From Schmidtea polychroa (lineage: Eukaryota), in the NCBI GenBank assembly GCA_044892525.1, contig CM097885.1, positions 41,046,001 through 41,110,000 on the forward strand: a stretch of 64,000 nucleotides of DNA, written 5' to 3'. Shown here piece after piece: positions 44,345 to 58,139 of the stretch (position 1 is the first letter of the stretch; every line of letters starts with the position of its first letter). The notes beneath the pieces were generated by a model that worked only from the letters and a program-made list of their open reading frames with translations, was not told the origin of the DNA and searched no databases. The position numbers and the translations under genes were made by a program.

Positions 44345-46645
44345 TTGAAAGTTGGTCCCAATCATTCCGTTAAGATAAGAATTGATGAAACAAAATTGTG
44401 TGCTAAGATTGAAAGTATATACTTTCATATACTTCGATCGATGAAAGATATTAATACTAATTATGTCAAGAGTGTGTTGAATTCGAGTACGATGGGGTAT
44501 ATTGATAAAAATAAAAAGCAGAATATTAAAGATTTTACTGTATTAAAATATTTAGCTAAAAAATAGATTAATATATGTAAGTTTGGCAAAGGAAATGGAC
44601 TGGTAATTCTCGACCATAATGTATATGTGAAAAAGCTTAATGATGTTTTGAATGCTCCCCAGTTTGTGAAAATAGAGATTTCTCGAAAAAATGGAATACA
44701 GCCTCCTCTTAAGGATGAAAATTTGTTAAAAGAGACACTGAATAAATTAATTAAAAATAAGCAAATTGATGAAGAGTTGTTTAAATCTATTCGTCCAATG
44801 GGGTCACAACCAGCAAAAATGTATGGGCTTCCAAAAATCCATAAAGATGGCGTGACAATGAGTCCATGATTGGCACTACCCAGTATAAAATAGCCAAATT
44901 TTTGGATAGATTATTGAAACCATTAATAAGATCAGAATTTGAATGTAAAGATAGTTTTGAATTTCTTTCCTGTATTGCACAATATGATAGACAAAGTGTT
45001 GATGAAATTATGGTTTCGTTTGATGTTTGTAGTCTGTTTACTAATGTACCATTGGTTGAAACAATTGAATTATGTTGCTTGATATGGAATGAAAATATTT
45101 CTGAACATCATATTTTGGATGGAAGAGCATTTCGTGAACTTTTTTCAAAAATCAATTTTCCTTTCAATAATGAATGGTATCAACAAATAGATGGAGTTGT
45201 TATGGGTTCTCCTTTAGCACAAACGATGGCTTCAATTTTTTTACCAAGCTTAGAAAAAATTATTGCATCTTTGCAATGTATGAAACCCACTTTTTATAAA
45301 TGGTATGTGGATGATAATTTTCTTATATTTGAAAATCATTATTACTAAATCAAAGGCATGTTGATCCGTTTTTCCATTATATAAATAGCCTACATAAAAA
45401 CATTGTATTCTCATGTGAAACGGAGAAAAAATCATCGCTTGCTTTCTTGGATCTGTTAATACAACGCAAAGAGAAACACTATGAGACAGAGATTTATAGA
45501 AAACCAACTGATACTAGTCTCTATACTTCATTCGAAAGTTTTTGTGAATTCAAGTCTAAAAGAAATATGGTGAAGTGGTTGATTTATCGTTCATGGTCTT
45601 TGTTTTCTACTTTTGAAGATGAAGTAAAAAGTGTTGACAAATTGGTTGAATTGTTAATTGTTAATTCAAAATCCTTTTTAGTAATTATGGTAAAAGAGAC
45701 TGTTGACAAATTTATTAAAAATCCTAAGAATCCATGTTTGAGAAAATCTTGGTGTGATTTTGTTGAAGTGTGTGAGTAATAAATTAAATGATGATGTAAA
45801 TAAATTAAATAGTGTGAGTAAGGATGATGAGTCTAAATTTGTGTTAGTATTGCCGTATTAACAAGGTTTTAAGGATTATAAAGTGAAGATAAGAAAGCAG
45901 TCAGGGAATTTAAACTATAGGATAGTGTCAACTTCATGGAAAGTACGCAATATGTTTATTAATAAGTCAAAAACTCCGGTCGAATTTTGTTCCGATCTCG
46001 TTTATCCGTTTATGAGTAATTGGTGTAATGCTACTTACATTGGAGAGACTTTCCGTCATCTGTGTATTTGACCTCGAGAGCATTATAGACCGAAGTCTTT
46101 GACCAATATTAGTGAGCACAATAAGGACGGTAAGAGTAAAATAAGTATGTCTGATTTTAAAATTTTATTAAAAAATTTCGATAATCATTGGGAACGTGTG
46201 ATTCGTGAGGCGTTATTGATAAAGTCATTGAATCCAAAAATTAATGTGCAGAATGCAGTGAATACTTGTGTTTAAAATGTATTAAATAATTTTTTGTATA
46301 TTGTATGTATGGTTTGTTGTTGTTAAATTAAATAATTAATAAATATTTAAATTATTAAATTAAATTTTAAATGTTAAAATTTTAAAAATAATATAAGTGT
46401 TTTTAATTAATTATTTTTATATATTGTATTTATTGATTGTTGTGTTAAATTAAAATATTTTAAATTATTTAATGAATTCTGAATCCTATTAAATAAAAAA
46501 AATTTTTTAAATAATTAAATTTGTTTAAAATCCGTAATTCATATAGTTATTATATCCCACCTGATGATGACACGAAAACTGTCGAAATATATCGTGAAAA
46601 GAATGTTTGATTGGCGTTATCTTTTTATTAAATCATTGCCATGTA
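44345..46645 (+). mobile_element. Decayed Penelope-like retroelement (RT plus GIY-YIG endonuclease plus 3' tail)
   Basis: Fragments MYGLPKIHK, SFDVCSLFTNVP, YQQIDGVVMGSPLA, YVDD, IYRKPTDT, LVY..CNATYIGET..L...EH and EALLIKSLNPKINVQ. Multiple stops and frameshifts. Confidence 0.92.
46558..46596 (+). ncRNA. Minimal type I hammerhead ribozyme in the Penelope tail
   Basis: CAC-CTGATGA-T-GACA-cgaaaac-TGTC-GAAA-TAT-ATC-GTG: intact core, 4-bp stem II, palindromic stem III, AUC cleavage triplet, stem I CAC/GTG. Confidence 0.8.
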
Positions 46646-46920
46646 TGTTTAACTATTTATTCGAAAAATGTTACTAATTTTTTCAGACATTTTACAAACT
46701 CAAAAATATTTTTACTATGTATTTCTTGGAATAACTGATTAAAATCGTTTTTTCACTTATTGCAAATTTATTCCAATCCAAAATAGTTTATCTATTATTC
46801 TTAAAATTTGTCTTAATGCCATTATCAACTTTTTATAATATATGAATGAGCATAATATTAATAATAATTATAATAATTATAATTAACAATTAAATATGTA
46901 TTAATTAAAATTAATTTCAG

Positions 46921-47135
46921 ATGAATTTTGGATATGCAGAAATGAAATTATCCTAAATAATGAAACTGTTCCAATTCCAAAATTCATTTTTCAAATTCTA
47001 GATGAAGGTTTAGATCCCGTAAATCACTTGTTCAGTTGTGATGGGAATCAGTTACTTTATCCTAATCCATATGTGGAAAATTTCTATTCCGACTTTAAAG
47101 TTTATTATGAATTTTTCGGCAAAATTTTCGCTTTG
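46921..47135 (+). CDS. Host HECT E3 ligase exon (HECT N-lobe, UBE3B/C-like)
   Basis: tttcag acceptor; ...GLDPVNHLFSCDGNQLLYPNPY...YYEFFGKIFAL matches HECT FDPxxxLF...LYPNP...YxFxGxxxA; G|gtaat donor phase 0. Confidence 0.85.
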
Positions 47136-48297
47136 GTAATTTGTTATATATTTTAACAACTAAATTAAATTTTTCTTTGTAATTGATTTTCCATAAAAAT
47201 AATGAATGTTTCAATGGAGCACATTTAACTCAAATTAGATTCTCAGAAATAATATGTGACTTACAGGAATCTTTTATTTTAATTATTTAGCAGAATAAAA
47301 TTTAAAATTCCTAACTATATTTTATGTTGAAAATTGTTTATCCACTTCTAAACACAAATATTTTAATATTAGAAGTCTAGGAAAAAATGATGGATGATGA
47401 TGCTGGTAGAATAATGACAAAAATGTTTAAATACGTTGTAAAACATATTGAAATTTTTAAATCTAGTAGTTTGAAAGGTGTTTTATTTTATTAAAAAATT
47501 AGTAGGAAAAATTAAATAATTTGATTTTTTATTATATTTATTATTATTAAATTTTAATTTTATTTAAGCATTTCATACTTTAGTCTATCCATAAAAGGCA
47601 AATTATGCATTTAATATTTGTTATTTTATTCTAAAAAAGTAGTTTTTAAATCCAAAAATACAAAGAAAATATTCATAAAGATTAGTGAAAACAAAGTAAC
47701 TTTTAATAGAAAATGGAAAATAATTCGTCTTAACTTTATTTCTGTTAATGAAAAAAAATGAAAAAATTAGGTAGATGCCAATGAAAAAAAACTGAATTTG
47801 CAAATGTCTAGATTCATGAATAAATTAGCTTTTTCCCACCAAATATAATTTCATTTATTCAATTCGGCATTTGCTTTAAATTTTAATTACTTTTATTAAA
47901 ACAAAATTTTCAAAATAAAATAAAATAAAAATTCATTTTTAGAATTGTCAAAAACATTAATTAATTTATGAACCCATTTAGTAAATTACATTAGACACTT
48001 CCGATATTTTATTTATTTAATTAATTTCGAAAATAAATCATTTAAACAAAAAAAAAACTTTGTATTTTTATTTTATTTTCAAATTTTTATCTTCGTTGTT
48101 AATGGTGACAAAATATTCTACAGATTTTTAATGTTTAATTAATAGTTTAATGGATAATTAATTAATTAATTAATTAGCTATTAATTACATATTTCACGAA
48201 ACAAATTTTCGAAATTATATTCATGTAGAAACAATGAAATGAATTTGAGAATACATTCCTTGACAGAGGAAACTAGTTTAATATTGTTTAATATTCT

Positions 48298-50005
48298 TAA
48301 GAGAAAATTAAATCGAAAAATTGAAATTGTAAAACGTGTATAAAAGGGAAAAAATGGATAATACTCACCACGAGATTTCGTTGATTAAACTTTCTAATTT
48401 AAAATTAGTTTTCGCTCACAATTTTATTTTTCGTTTCATTTCCAGTTTGAATGATATATTTCTTTCTAAATATAATATTGTTTAAAAATAAAAAAAAATT
48501 TTTAAAAGAAGAAAAACTTTAATCAAAGTTTTTTCTAATATAATAAAAATAATAAAATTTATTTTGAAACACGTAAAATTTTCAGTGGGTCACTATTAGG
48601 ATTTTTTGTACTGTGAAGAGAATTGAATTCTGGTTATATCTTTCTTTAAATTTATATAAAATCGGTAACATTTTCATGCGAAAGGCAAATAAAATGTTAT
48701 ACTGGAATCTTTTTAAGTAGCCACTTTATCATTTCACTTGAAGTTGTAAATTCTTAACTCATGCACTAATATATTAAGACACTTATTATTATTTACACAA
48801 TTGTATTAAAAGATAATTATTTCACGCTACCTTCTTCATAATCGTTTCTTTTGTTTAATATATTTTAGAAATTATCTGCAAACAGTTTCGGTTGTCCTTC
48901 CTGGTTTAAAAGATCATGACTATGTAAACAAAGTCTTTCCAAAAGGTATCATTCTTTTTATTTGTAATTTAACCTATTTTTGTTCCGATAAACTACTTGT
49001 CTTTTTACATTAGCAAGGAATTTGTCTTTTCCTTTGAAGTTTTGGAATTACTTAGTATTTTTTAAGATTTTTTGTGATATTTTGTAACAGTGTTTACCAG
49101 CATATTTGAAAACATGTTTCCAATCATTCGATGTAATGTCACTAGTTCACTAAAATTAAAATGTTTTGTTTCCTTGTATTAATAACTAAATTTTTATTTC
49201 CAATCTAATCTCATTTTTGTAGAAATAATCTGAAGTTCCAAAGCTATTTAATATTTTTATGTAATAAGCAGTATCAACATACTATCAACATACAATTTAT
49301 AAGTAATTTTTTCTGTAATGTAATGTAACAATATACCAACATGACATATACTCAAATTTATATGCTCTTTTCTAATCTTGACTGTTGTGAACTAAATCGA
49401 AATTATTTCGCAAATGATCTGTGATTTTGACTGCATGCCACTAATAGGTTTGTGTGCATTCATTGGATATTGCACTCATTTTTCTGGTTATAGCAAATTA
49501 AATTTGAAAATGATAAATCTTTAATACTATACAATATTTGTATTGCTGTTGATAAAATAATTTATTTTCATTTGTGTTATCAGATATAAATTGTAACATT
49601 TACATCATAATTTAATCTCAATAAATCGTAACTTACGATTCATAAGTAGCTGCGTTATCCTTGCAAATTTATAGGAATGTCACTGTTTAGAAAGTTCCAA
49701 TGTTTGACTTCTTATGTGGCAGTGTTATACGAAACGTTTATGTGATTTGAAATTGCATAATGTTGGTGACAAAATAAGATTAAATTTTTTTTAATACTTT
49801 CAAAATTAGTTTATTTATTTTCAACAATATAATATATTTAGAATGAAATATATCATTCACACTGGAGATGAAATGAAAAATAAAAAAATATAGAATGAAA
49901 ACTAATTTCTAATTATAAAGTTTAATCAACTGAATCTGTGGTAAATATTTTTCAATTTTTTCATATATTTTACAATTTCAAATTTTTGATTTAATTTTCT
50001 CTTGA
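48298..50005. mobile_element. Old DNA-transposon relic with degenerate long inverted ends
   Basis: aagagaaaattaaatcgaaaaattgaaattgtaaaa...gttgattaaacttt...aattagttttc (48299-48412) is the imperfect reverse complement of 49897-50003. Family not assignable. Confidence 0.6.
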
Positions 50006-50558
50006 AATTATTATTATTTCCTTGTGAAAAAATGCATCCTAATTTCATGGATTTTTATTCCAAAAATTTGATTCATGAATTGCTCTTTATTATGTCTTTG
50101 CGTTGAGAAGGGGTTATGCATACTTCCCAATAACCCATTCTGAAAGACTAAACTTTTTTATGTTTTCCGCCTAATTAGAATGTTACAAATGATGATCTTT
50201 GTAGTCCCTATTTATTTTGATTGATAGCATATGGCCATTATTTTGTGAACTTTTCTGTTCATTTTCCAACTTTGATATATATTATAAATTATTAATTATA
50301 TTTTGTTTTGTTCGATTTAATTTATTTCTAAAGAAATGATAAAAATGCTAATGATAAAAAAATATCTAGTGTAAAATATAATATATAATTCCGAGTAAGA
50401 TTATGAAAATATGGATAATTACTGATTGGACATAGGTTTTTATGTGAACTATTTCATATTGGTATTTAAACATCTGCAAAATAATATGTGTGCGTGGGTA
50501 GGGTTGTTGATAAGAAAACTTGTACCTTGAATACTATTCGTGTACTCATTAGGTTATA

Positions 50559-52556
50559 CACCCGTTTGCAGTGAACAAACACATATAATATAGGTTAGTG
50601 TGTACAATCAATTATAGGTGTGCCACCATTTCTGATGAAATAGTTAATTTAAGTTTAACTATTTTAGTCATTTTAGAGATGGCTTTGAAGATATTTTATT
50701 TTATTTAAAAGTAAATTTTTAGACTTGAATTTCTTTTTAGAGATTTCTAAAAATTTCTGTAAATGATTTATTATAGTGCGTTTATTCATTTCAACGATTC
50801 TACATATAAACCCATTTGAACTGAATAAACGCATCTGTTGTGTGACGTTTTCAGTGATACGTTCGTGCTATTTGTGTACTATCTATTTATGTGCTATTTT
50901 ATGTAGCTTATTATGTTTTTATTAATGTTTATGTAAATATTGCAGAGCCCAGCCGAGTCACCAGTAAATGAACTGTCTCGGGACAGCTGGGGTGAATGTG
51001 TGTATTGCTGTTACAATAAAAATAATAATAACAATAAAAATAATAATAACAATAACAAATTTACAACCAAGAACTTTTATTTATAAAATAATGTAAAGAC
51101 CTTAGAATTCGGATTCGATTAATAAAATGATGTTGTGGGATTTTTCAATTATCTATGATCTCTCGGCATGTTCTCAAGATAGACCGTAATTTATTTCAAT
51201 TTTTTGGATGAAATAGTTTGTATTGCCGAGGAAATAATTCGACGATTGTATGTCAACACCTTAGTTGATCTTAGAATTCGAAATCGATTATTGAAACGGT
51301 ATTGTAGGATTCTTCTTTAGTTTATGACCTCTCAGCGTGATCTCAGAATCGACCGTAATTTGATTCGGTTTTTGGAATGAAAGGATTTTTATTATTGAAG
51401 AAATAGTTCAAAGTTTATATACCTTGTTGGATTTGAACAATGAATTACGAATTCTATGAAAATAGTAAAGGAAATCTAAGTATTAAATCCTCGAAATATC
51501 TTCTTCGATCAGTAGAATTTTCTTTCTTCTTAATTTTAGTCTTTGAATTGTAATTAAAATTTTTATTGGATTTTTTTAATTGTTGATTTTTGTATAGCGA
51601 TAAATTACCATTGTAAATTATCGCTATATAGTTTTCATATTTCTTTTTCCATCGCGACTTATTCTCAATAAAATAACAAGACTTCGCAAAATCTTGTTTA
51701 AAAATTAAAAAAATATATATAACTGTACATTACAGCATCTATAATATGGGTTGGTATGTACAACCTATATTATAGATGCGTCATTATTTGTCATTGAATT
51801 TTTTGGAATGTGGTTAGACATAATTATGTGGTAAATACTTATTTAGCTATTTTAACTATTTGTATTGAGCCATTTTAGAAATGGTTTTCAAATAATTTTT
51901 TTTATTTAAAGTATACTTTAAGGTTTGAATTTTGATCCATATTGATATGAGATCATTATTCAAGCTCTTAAATGATACTTTTATCAACATTTTTTATTAT
52001 AAATTATTTTTAATTAATTTTCCAAGATTTTTTTAGGATTTGTATGAAGTTTTATGAAGTTATTTGGAATTATTTCGATATAATGTAAGTCAGATATATT
52101 TTTAAATATAAATAAACATTTTTAAAGGGATTAATTAGTCAAATTTTGTCATGTTTTATTAAAAAAACTAATATTAAAATTAAAAATTGAAGATAAATCT
52201 TGCGAAATAATGTCTTTATTATCTATACAACTCAAAGTTGAGTTTTCGGAATTTTCGTCAAAATTTTATCGGTCATTTTTTTCTAAAAATTTATAAAAAT
52301 GTCTATAAATTATTTATTATGGTGCGTTTATTGAATACAACGATTCTACATATCGAAAATTTGCAGGCACTTTTTTACTGTGTTGTGTTTTTGTGTGTCA
52401 GTTTATTTTTTCTATCACTTTCTCACTATCTATATTAGATGCGATTGTTCATTGCAACGCTAAAAATCAACACACAGGTACGTTTGTATGTTTATATAAT
52501 ATACACGTATTGATTTTATTTGCATTATAGATGCGTTTGTTCACTGCAAACGGGTG
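50559..52556. mobile_element. Non-autonomous TA-targeting (Tc1/mariner-type) element, ~2.0 kb
   Basis: Perfect 22-bp TIR CACCCGTTTGCAGTGAACAAAC at both ends, flanked by TA (50557-58, 52557-58). Internal TIR-like subrepeats and a hairpin at ~51735-51779. Confidence 0.85.
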
Positions 52557-52599
52557 TATTCGCATTGTGACGTTTAACGTATAGTTTTCTTGTTGTGCA

Positions 52600-53552
52600 A
52601 TATGAAACGCAAATGAATTAGTGATGGTATACCCGCTTCACTGTACAAGATGAGTGAAGCATTGTCACCACTCTCTAAATATTCATAGGTGCTATGCAAG
52701 AAGCCCAGCAAAAGAAACATGTGGAATGCGAACCCATTTATTATACTTCTGCAGGTATGGATAGTGTAATTACCATATTTATAAGACGCGATCACTTTGC
52801 AATATTTTCTTCTATTGCTATATCCTTTGGTAAATCTCGTGAAACCGTTTGTCGTCAATCTGAGAATGATAATTTAAGCAGCCGCCGTTCTATATGTGAT
52901 CCTCTCAGAACCTATTATCAAACCAACCGTTTATGGTGCCTAAATCATCGAAATACTGACTTCGAAAACTGGAATTCATCAGCTGAGTCAAGTTTTCAAC
53001 TCAGCGACTGTTCTATGAATTATTCACATTATGTACATCATGCACTTAGCGTGATGGTATGGGGCTGTATGTGTACCGATTGGCGGGAATCTCTGTCTTT
53101 TGTCAATACCAATTTTAAGAGTAAAAAATATGTCATCATACTTAAAAGATCCATCTCCTACTTGATAACATGTTACTCCAAATTTAGGGTTTCCAGCAAG
53201 ACAACGTTTTATCACATCAGCCAATACTAAGAAATTCACACGAGAAAATTCTATAAATGTATCAGTCCAGATTTTTATATGATTGAAAATGTTTGGGCTA
53301 TAAAGAAAAGAAACGTTCACAGGTTGGGTTCCACATCAATACAAGAATTAAAGATGGCTATTGAAAAGGCATGAAAAATGATTATTCCGAGGCTTTCCAG
53401 ACGCCTAAATGTTTCAATGCGTACTCGTTTCGTACGACACTTAAAAAAACAATGGTCGACTTTAGTTAGCTTCCATTATAAAATTTATTCAATATTAATC
53501 CATATTTTCATCGTTTTAATTCTGGAGGGGCCTAACTTTATGTGCACTACTA
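52600..53552 (+). pseudogene. Decayed Tc1-like DD34E transposase
   Basis: SVMVWGCM, then FQQDN (53191) and PD..MIENVW (53267-53298) in shifted frames. Many lesions. Confidence 0.8.
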
Positions 53553-54770
53553 TCGAGTGAACATTAAAATATTTTATAAAAAATTTCTATTTTAACGAAA
53601 AATCTAACTAGATTTATATTTGCAAGAAGATTGAATTTTATTACAATAATTTCAAGGAAGTTTTAAATTTTGGGCGAAGGTATACTCTAGGGACGTCTAT
53701 TTAACTGTCTCTATTCTAGATTTTTTTTAGTTATCTTTTAATTATTTATCTTTAAAGACACCTATTTTCAGATTGAAATTATAATATTTAAATACGAAAC
53801 AAATTAAATTAATTTTATTATTTTCAAAATGTATAAAATATTATAATAATAATGTATATACATTAATAAAGAAATAACTTTTTTACGATACCACGAATTT
53901 CCCAAAGAAAATTCTACTCTGAACTGTTGTAAAAGTTGTCTTTTTTAATCTATAACAGATGTAAAGTTTGATATTTCATTATATTTCACCGGGTGGCTTT
54001 CTGTATTACAAATATCATATTGATTCATGGTGGTAGGGGTTAAGGTCAGCCACTAAATTTGATTGTGGTTAGGGTATAATTCCATTGTGTTCTTGGGAAT
54101 TAACTTACGATCTAAAAGTATGGAATCCTTTTTAAGATTCTTTCTAATAATCATTTAATGATTAGCAACTTTGATAATTATTTGAAAATATTTTTTAGCC
54201 TTTTATATTTTGTTAAATCTGATATAAGCATATGATTTGTATGTGATATTCACGTGATATTTTTTTTAGTTCTAAAGAAAAAAACAATACGCAAATAAGT
54301 TTTAAAACATTCTTTATAATTATAAATTATTCGCATAGTGTTACTTAATTTATTATTAGTTTTTTAATTAGATATTGGATCTATTATAAGCATACAATTT
54401 GCATTTCATACCAATTGATATTTGTTCTGGTTCAAGCATCAATACGTAAATATGCTTTTAAAAGAATTTTAAACTTATCTTTTAATTTTTTAATTTCTTT
54501 AGGTTTTTAAACATTTTTTTATAATTATAAATTATTCACATACAGTTATATACTTAATTTATTTATAGTTTATTTATATTAATGATAATTTAATTAAATT
54601 TAATTTAATAAATATTAACCGACCTTCTGGAAACCGTATTAAACAACGAAAGTGATTATCAGTGACAAATCTGTTGAATATAAGAATCTTTTTTTATAAA
54701 TATATATCTTTTAGAATTACCATAAATATTATGTAAAAAATCGAGGAAAATATTGAAAAAATTTACTTTT

Positions 54771-54782
54771 ATAATAATAATA

Positions 54783-54860
<78 letters not shown>
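54771..54860. repeat. (AAT)n microsatellite flanking the Gypsy element
   Basis: Direct reading. Confidence 0.95.
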
Positions 54861-54863
<3 letters not shown>

Positions 54864-54872
54864 TTATTATTA

Positions 54873-55096
54873 TGAGGTTCATCCTGTAAAACATTAAAAT
54901 CAGTTTTTGTTTCCATAAATTTTATTTCAGTAAATATCAGTATCAAAATATATCTTCTTTAAACTTTCTTATTTAAACAAATTTTCTACGAAGATATTTT
55001 TAATTAAAATATCTTCTTAATTTTTTTTAAAAATTAATCTACATTTAATTTTTAAAATTTTCAATTTAAAAATTTCTTCATCATAAAACCTCCTCA
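54873..55096 (-). repeat. Gypsy 3' LTR (224 bp)
   Basis: TG...CA ends; preceded on the minus strand by PPT AGAAGGAGGA plus TA (55097-55108). Confidence 0.92.
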
Positions 55097-58000
55097 TATC
55101 CTCCTTCTTAAGAAATTTTTAAGTTTTTCCACATTTCTTTCGATCCTTTTTCCATCTTCATTTCTTAAGATGTATCGTCTGTCATGCACTTTCTCTATCA
55201 CTTGGTACGGACCTTCATACCTGTCCTGGCCTTTGTGGCGTGTTTCTACTTTTACTAATACTTCTTCTCCTACATTGAATTTTCTCCTTGTTTGTTCTTC
55301 TAGTTTTTCCTTTATCGGTATTCCTTTGGACCCATACCATTTTTCCCTGCTAATCTTTTTTCCAAAAACTATCTCTGCCGGGCTTTTCCCTGTCGTTTTT
55401 TGTTTGGTTGCATTTAAAGTGAATTCCCAATCCGTTTTCTTTCTATCCTGTAAAGTAGCATTTATCAAATCCCGTATTGTCCTGAATTGTCTTTCTATCT
55501 GACCGTTTGTTTGGTGATGGTATGGACTCGAAAAACATAATTTAATATCTAGCCTCTTTGTGAATTCTCTCATCATTCCTGATTCAAACGCCTTTCCGCA
55601 ATCAACTCTTATCTCCTTTGGGCATCCAAATCTTAAAATCCACTTTTCTAAAATCGTTTTCTTTATTGTTTCTTCGTCTTGTTTTGTTATCGCTGTCAAG
55701 ACTTGATACTTACTATACTGATATATTATGCCCAATATATACTTCTTACGTCCTTTTGTTTCTGTCAACAGTCCACATATATCCACGAATATAATTTCGA
55801 ACATTTCCTTCGAATCTTGTTTTTTACTGGTTCTTTCGTTGTTATTGTTAAAGCCTTGGTTTTTTGACAAATCTCACAACTTCGAACAATTTCCTGAATC
55901 TGACTCCACATGTGTTTTCCAACATATCTATCTTTCATATAATCGGCTATCTTCTCGACTCCAGCATGACACAATAGTCTATGTATTTCCTTTATTGTTT
56001 CTTGTAACTCATTTTCAGGTATCATCGTTTTCTTTCGTACTTCTTCTACAATTCCATGTTGGATGTTGCTTCTTCCTTCTTCTCTGATCGAGTCTAGTAA
56101 TCTGGTTTTTATCTTTCCTTTCTTAGCTTCTTCGTGGGCCATTTGACATTGAACACACGTGTCACATTTAGTTCTCGACACCATGTCTGAATTTTGGTGA
56201 TTAATACCCTTTCTGTATTCTACTCTTATATCTAAACTGCTCAAATAATTGATCCATGTTTGAAATTGTGAAGTAATCGGCTTCTTGGTTGTCATCATAA
56301 ACGTGATTGCCTTGTGGTCTGTCCTGAGCGTGAATCTTCTTCCGTAGAGATAGTGCTTAAAATGAATGCAAAAATAATATACCGCCAATAGTTCCTTTCT
56401 TGTAATACAATATCCTTTCTCGTGGCTCGTCATCGAGTGTGATCCATACGCAATTACTCTTTCCTTTCCATCTTTATCTCTTTGTGAAAGTACTGCTCCA
56501 ATGGTATCGAAACTAGCGTCGGTATCTAAAATGAACTCCTTTTTCAGATCCGGAAAACATAAGATTGGCGCCGTCGTGAGTGCTAATTTCAATCCCTCAA
56601 ACACGCTATTCGTTCCTTCACTCCATTCTAATTTTTTGTTACTTGGTCCGCTACATAATTGTTCTAACATTCTTGCCTTCTTTGCATAATCACTGATGAA
56701 TCTTCCATAATAATTGCAAATACCTAAAAAGCTTCGGAGTTTCTTTACGCAATTAGGCTTCCCAAAGTTCTGTATGGCCTGAATTTTAGATGGATCTGTC
56801 TGTACTCCTTCATTGCTGATTATGTGTCCTAAGAATCTGATTTCTTCCTTTATTATTTGGCATTTTTCTGGATTAATCCTTAGGCCTGCTTCCTCAATCG
56901 CCTTTAACACTTCTCCGAGTATTGTATAGTGTTTCTCTTTACTGCTTGAATAAATCAAGATGTCGTCCAAATACACCATTGCTTCCTTTATTTTGCCTAA
57001 TACTTTTGTCATCATTTCTTGGAACGTACCTGGTGTTGCTGCAATTCCAAACGGCATTCTGTTGAAACAATATTGTCCGTTCTTTGTTGAGAAAGCTGTT
57101 TTCTCCTGTGATTCTTCTTCTAGTTCCACTTGGTAATATGCATTACCTAGATCGATTGAGCTGAAAAAGACGGATCTTCCTAACAAATCCAACATCTCGT
57201 CTATGTTTGGCATTGGAAATGCCTGCCTCTCTGTTACCGCGTTCAGCTGTCTAAAGTCCAAGCATAGTGTAATATCCTTTTTCTCTTTTTTCCATACACA
57301 TATTAGCGGTGTATTCCATGGAGAGTTACATTTCCGTATAATTCCATTTTCGTACAAATTTTGTATTGCTTCTTCAATCTTTGATTCCAAATTTAGTGGT
57401 TGGCGATATGGTTTTATGTTTATCGGCTCACCTCTTGTAACTATCTTGTGTTTTACCAAATGTGTGCGACCCACATCCCATTTATCTACCATAAACACGT
57501 TTCCACTGTTTGTTATAATTTCCTTTAATTTGCTATCTTCATTGATCTTTAACTGTTCCAACGCTCGTATCAATCGTTCTTCATCCTTTATTTTTCTGCC
57601 AAATTTTGCTTCAATGTTACAAATATAGTTCTTGTCTTTTTCACTATCCTCGATATCTTTAATTTTTAACAGTCTAAATCCAAATGTTTCTTGTAATTCG
57701 ATTCCTCCAATCACATCTGGTGTCACTTTCTCCGCCACAATGAATATAACTTCCTTCGAAACATTTCCAATGGTTACTTGCACCTTCGTTTTTCCTATTG
57801 TCTCGATCGTACTCTCGTTTGCGCATCGTAACTTATCGTCACTTTTCGTCAATTGTTGTCCTCGTAGCTTGTTAAAACAGTTCACACTCATTACATTGAT
57901 TCTTGCCCCAGTGTCTAATAAACAGTCGAAATTTTCCCCATTCATCCTTACTGTTATACTAGGCCTTCCTTGCATTTTGTTATACAAAATTTCAACAACC

Positions 58001-58131
58001 TGCTCCGTTTCAATGGTTCCAATTCTTTCCACTTCCTCTTCAAACATTTCTCTCTTTAGGAACCTGTATACTTTCTCACTTACCCTTCCAACATTCTCCC
58101 ACTTTTCTGCCCCGTGAGGATATCCCATCAA
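55094..58131 (-). pseudogene. pol: Gypsy pol (protease, RT, RNase H, integrase), frameshifted near 55800-55870
   Basis: LLDTGA protease; CLDFRQLN, YLDD RT; TDAS, RKELLA, TDH RNase H; HxxxxH/CxxC; VDCG..F and NGQIER integrase; YEGPY module. The stop codon is the TGA that starts the 3' LTR. Confidence 0.95.
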
Positions 58132-58139
58132 ATTTTCTG

